Shown: piece by piece, positions 63,061 to 64,000 of the stretch | Numbering within the stretch: the stretch's first letter is position 1 | Layout of the letters: every line of letters begins with the position of its first letter | Source: Octopus sinensis | Taxonomy: Eukaryota | NCBI RefSeq assembly: GCF_006345805.1 | Contig: NW_021832270.1 | Coordinates: forward strand, 1 to 64,000 | Direction: 5' to 3' | Length of the DNA stretch: 64,000 bases | Translations under genes and position numbers: made by a program | Notes under the pieces: model-generated | Told to the model about the DNA's origin: nothing | Seen by the model: the letters and a program-made list of their open reading frames with translations, nothing else | The model's database searches: none

Positions 63061-64000
63061 TCACATGTGCTCCTGCCATGTGAAAGCTCCTCTGCAGGGA
63101 CACAAAAGCACCTGTGCGGTGCCTTGTGAAAGCACCCATGCAGTGCAAGTGTCTTGCTCAAGGACACATCTCACCTTCTGGGTATTGAACAAACAGCCTT
63201 ACAATCTTGTGTCAAGTACCATAACCATTAAGCCACAAGCTCCTGTTAGACCCTTACTGAACATCCAAGGGGGTTCAGCAAAGGTCCACAACAAAGAAAT
63301 GATCTTAGAAACTTTTTAGAATTTTTTCTCCTTTCTCTTCTTCATCTTTTGTCTCTGTTGGTGTCTTTGCCCCCCCCCACCTCCAGGTTATCTCTGATTG
63401 TTTAGGCTTATGTTCCATATTTGACCATCACCTCTTTTCTGACAAGTCTATAATCATGCAGCAAGTTATTCTCTGTCTGTCTGTCTTTTGTTTGTTATGT
63501 ATATATATATATGTGTATATACACTAACTGTAGGTGTAATTTCTGGGAGATTTTGGCTTCTGTTTTTAGCAGTTCAAGCAACCACATTGTGACTCCTTCA
63601 TTTGTCTGTAGGTTTCCTCAATGGTCTCTCTTTCTCTCTCTCTCTTTTCTCCCTCTCTGTCTATCTCCTCTCTTCATTATCACCCTCTATCTTTCTTTGT
63701 TTCTCTCCCCTTCCCCTTCCCTCTCTCACGCCTTCCTCCCTCTTCCCATTTCTCTCTCCCCCTTCTCCCTCTCTCCTTGTTTGCCTCTCTCCTCTACTCA
63801 CTATCATCCTCTGTCTTTCTTAGTTTCTCTTTCCCTCTCACTCTCCCTGCCTTCTCTCTTTTTATCTCCCTCAATCTTCCCTCCATTTCTCTCCTCCTCT
63901 CTCACTCCACCCTTCTCTCTCACATCTTCCTCTATCTCTCCCTCCACTCTATCTTCCTCTCACTCCCTCTGCCTTCTCTCCTATCTCTGTCCCTCTTTCT

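Overview
Eukaryotic, AT-rich, repeat-dominated intronic or intergenic DNA. The SINE families resemble those I recall from Octopus genomes, so a cephalopod origin is an inference, not a database result. There is no intact multi-exon gene, rRNA, true tRNA gene, CRISPR array or prokaryotic system. Nearly all ORFs in the supplied track are translations of (TA)n, (CA)n, (CT)n, (AAT)n, (CAT)n or (CTT)n microsatellites. Supported content: (1) one credible coding exon at 8869-9050 (+) from an unidentified host gene; (2) several tRNA-derived SINE families, often nested with clear target-site duplications (TSDs); (3) fragments of R4/Dong-type (restriction-like endonuclease) LINEs, an RTE LINE and a mariner; (4) two non-autonomous Helitrons and Tc1/mariner- and piggyBac-like MITEs; (5) an 18-copy 100-bp satellite, minisatellites and two recent tandem duplications. 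The most interesting signal is at least seven type I hammerhead-ribozyme-like motifs from about six unrelated small elements, each embedded in (TA)n tracts and often tied to inverted repeats. This is the architecture known for Penelope-like elements. One motif has a canonical core (10953-11013) and several carry unusual core variants (U3/A8, U4C, A6U). All structures were folded by eye and coordinates of diverged repeats are approximate.
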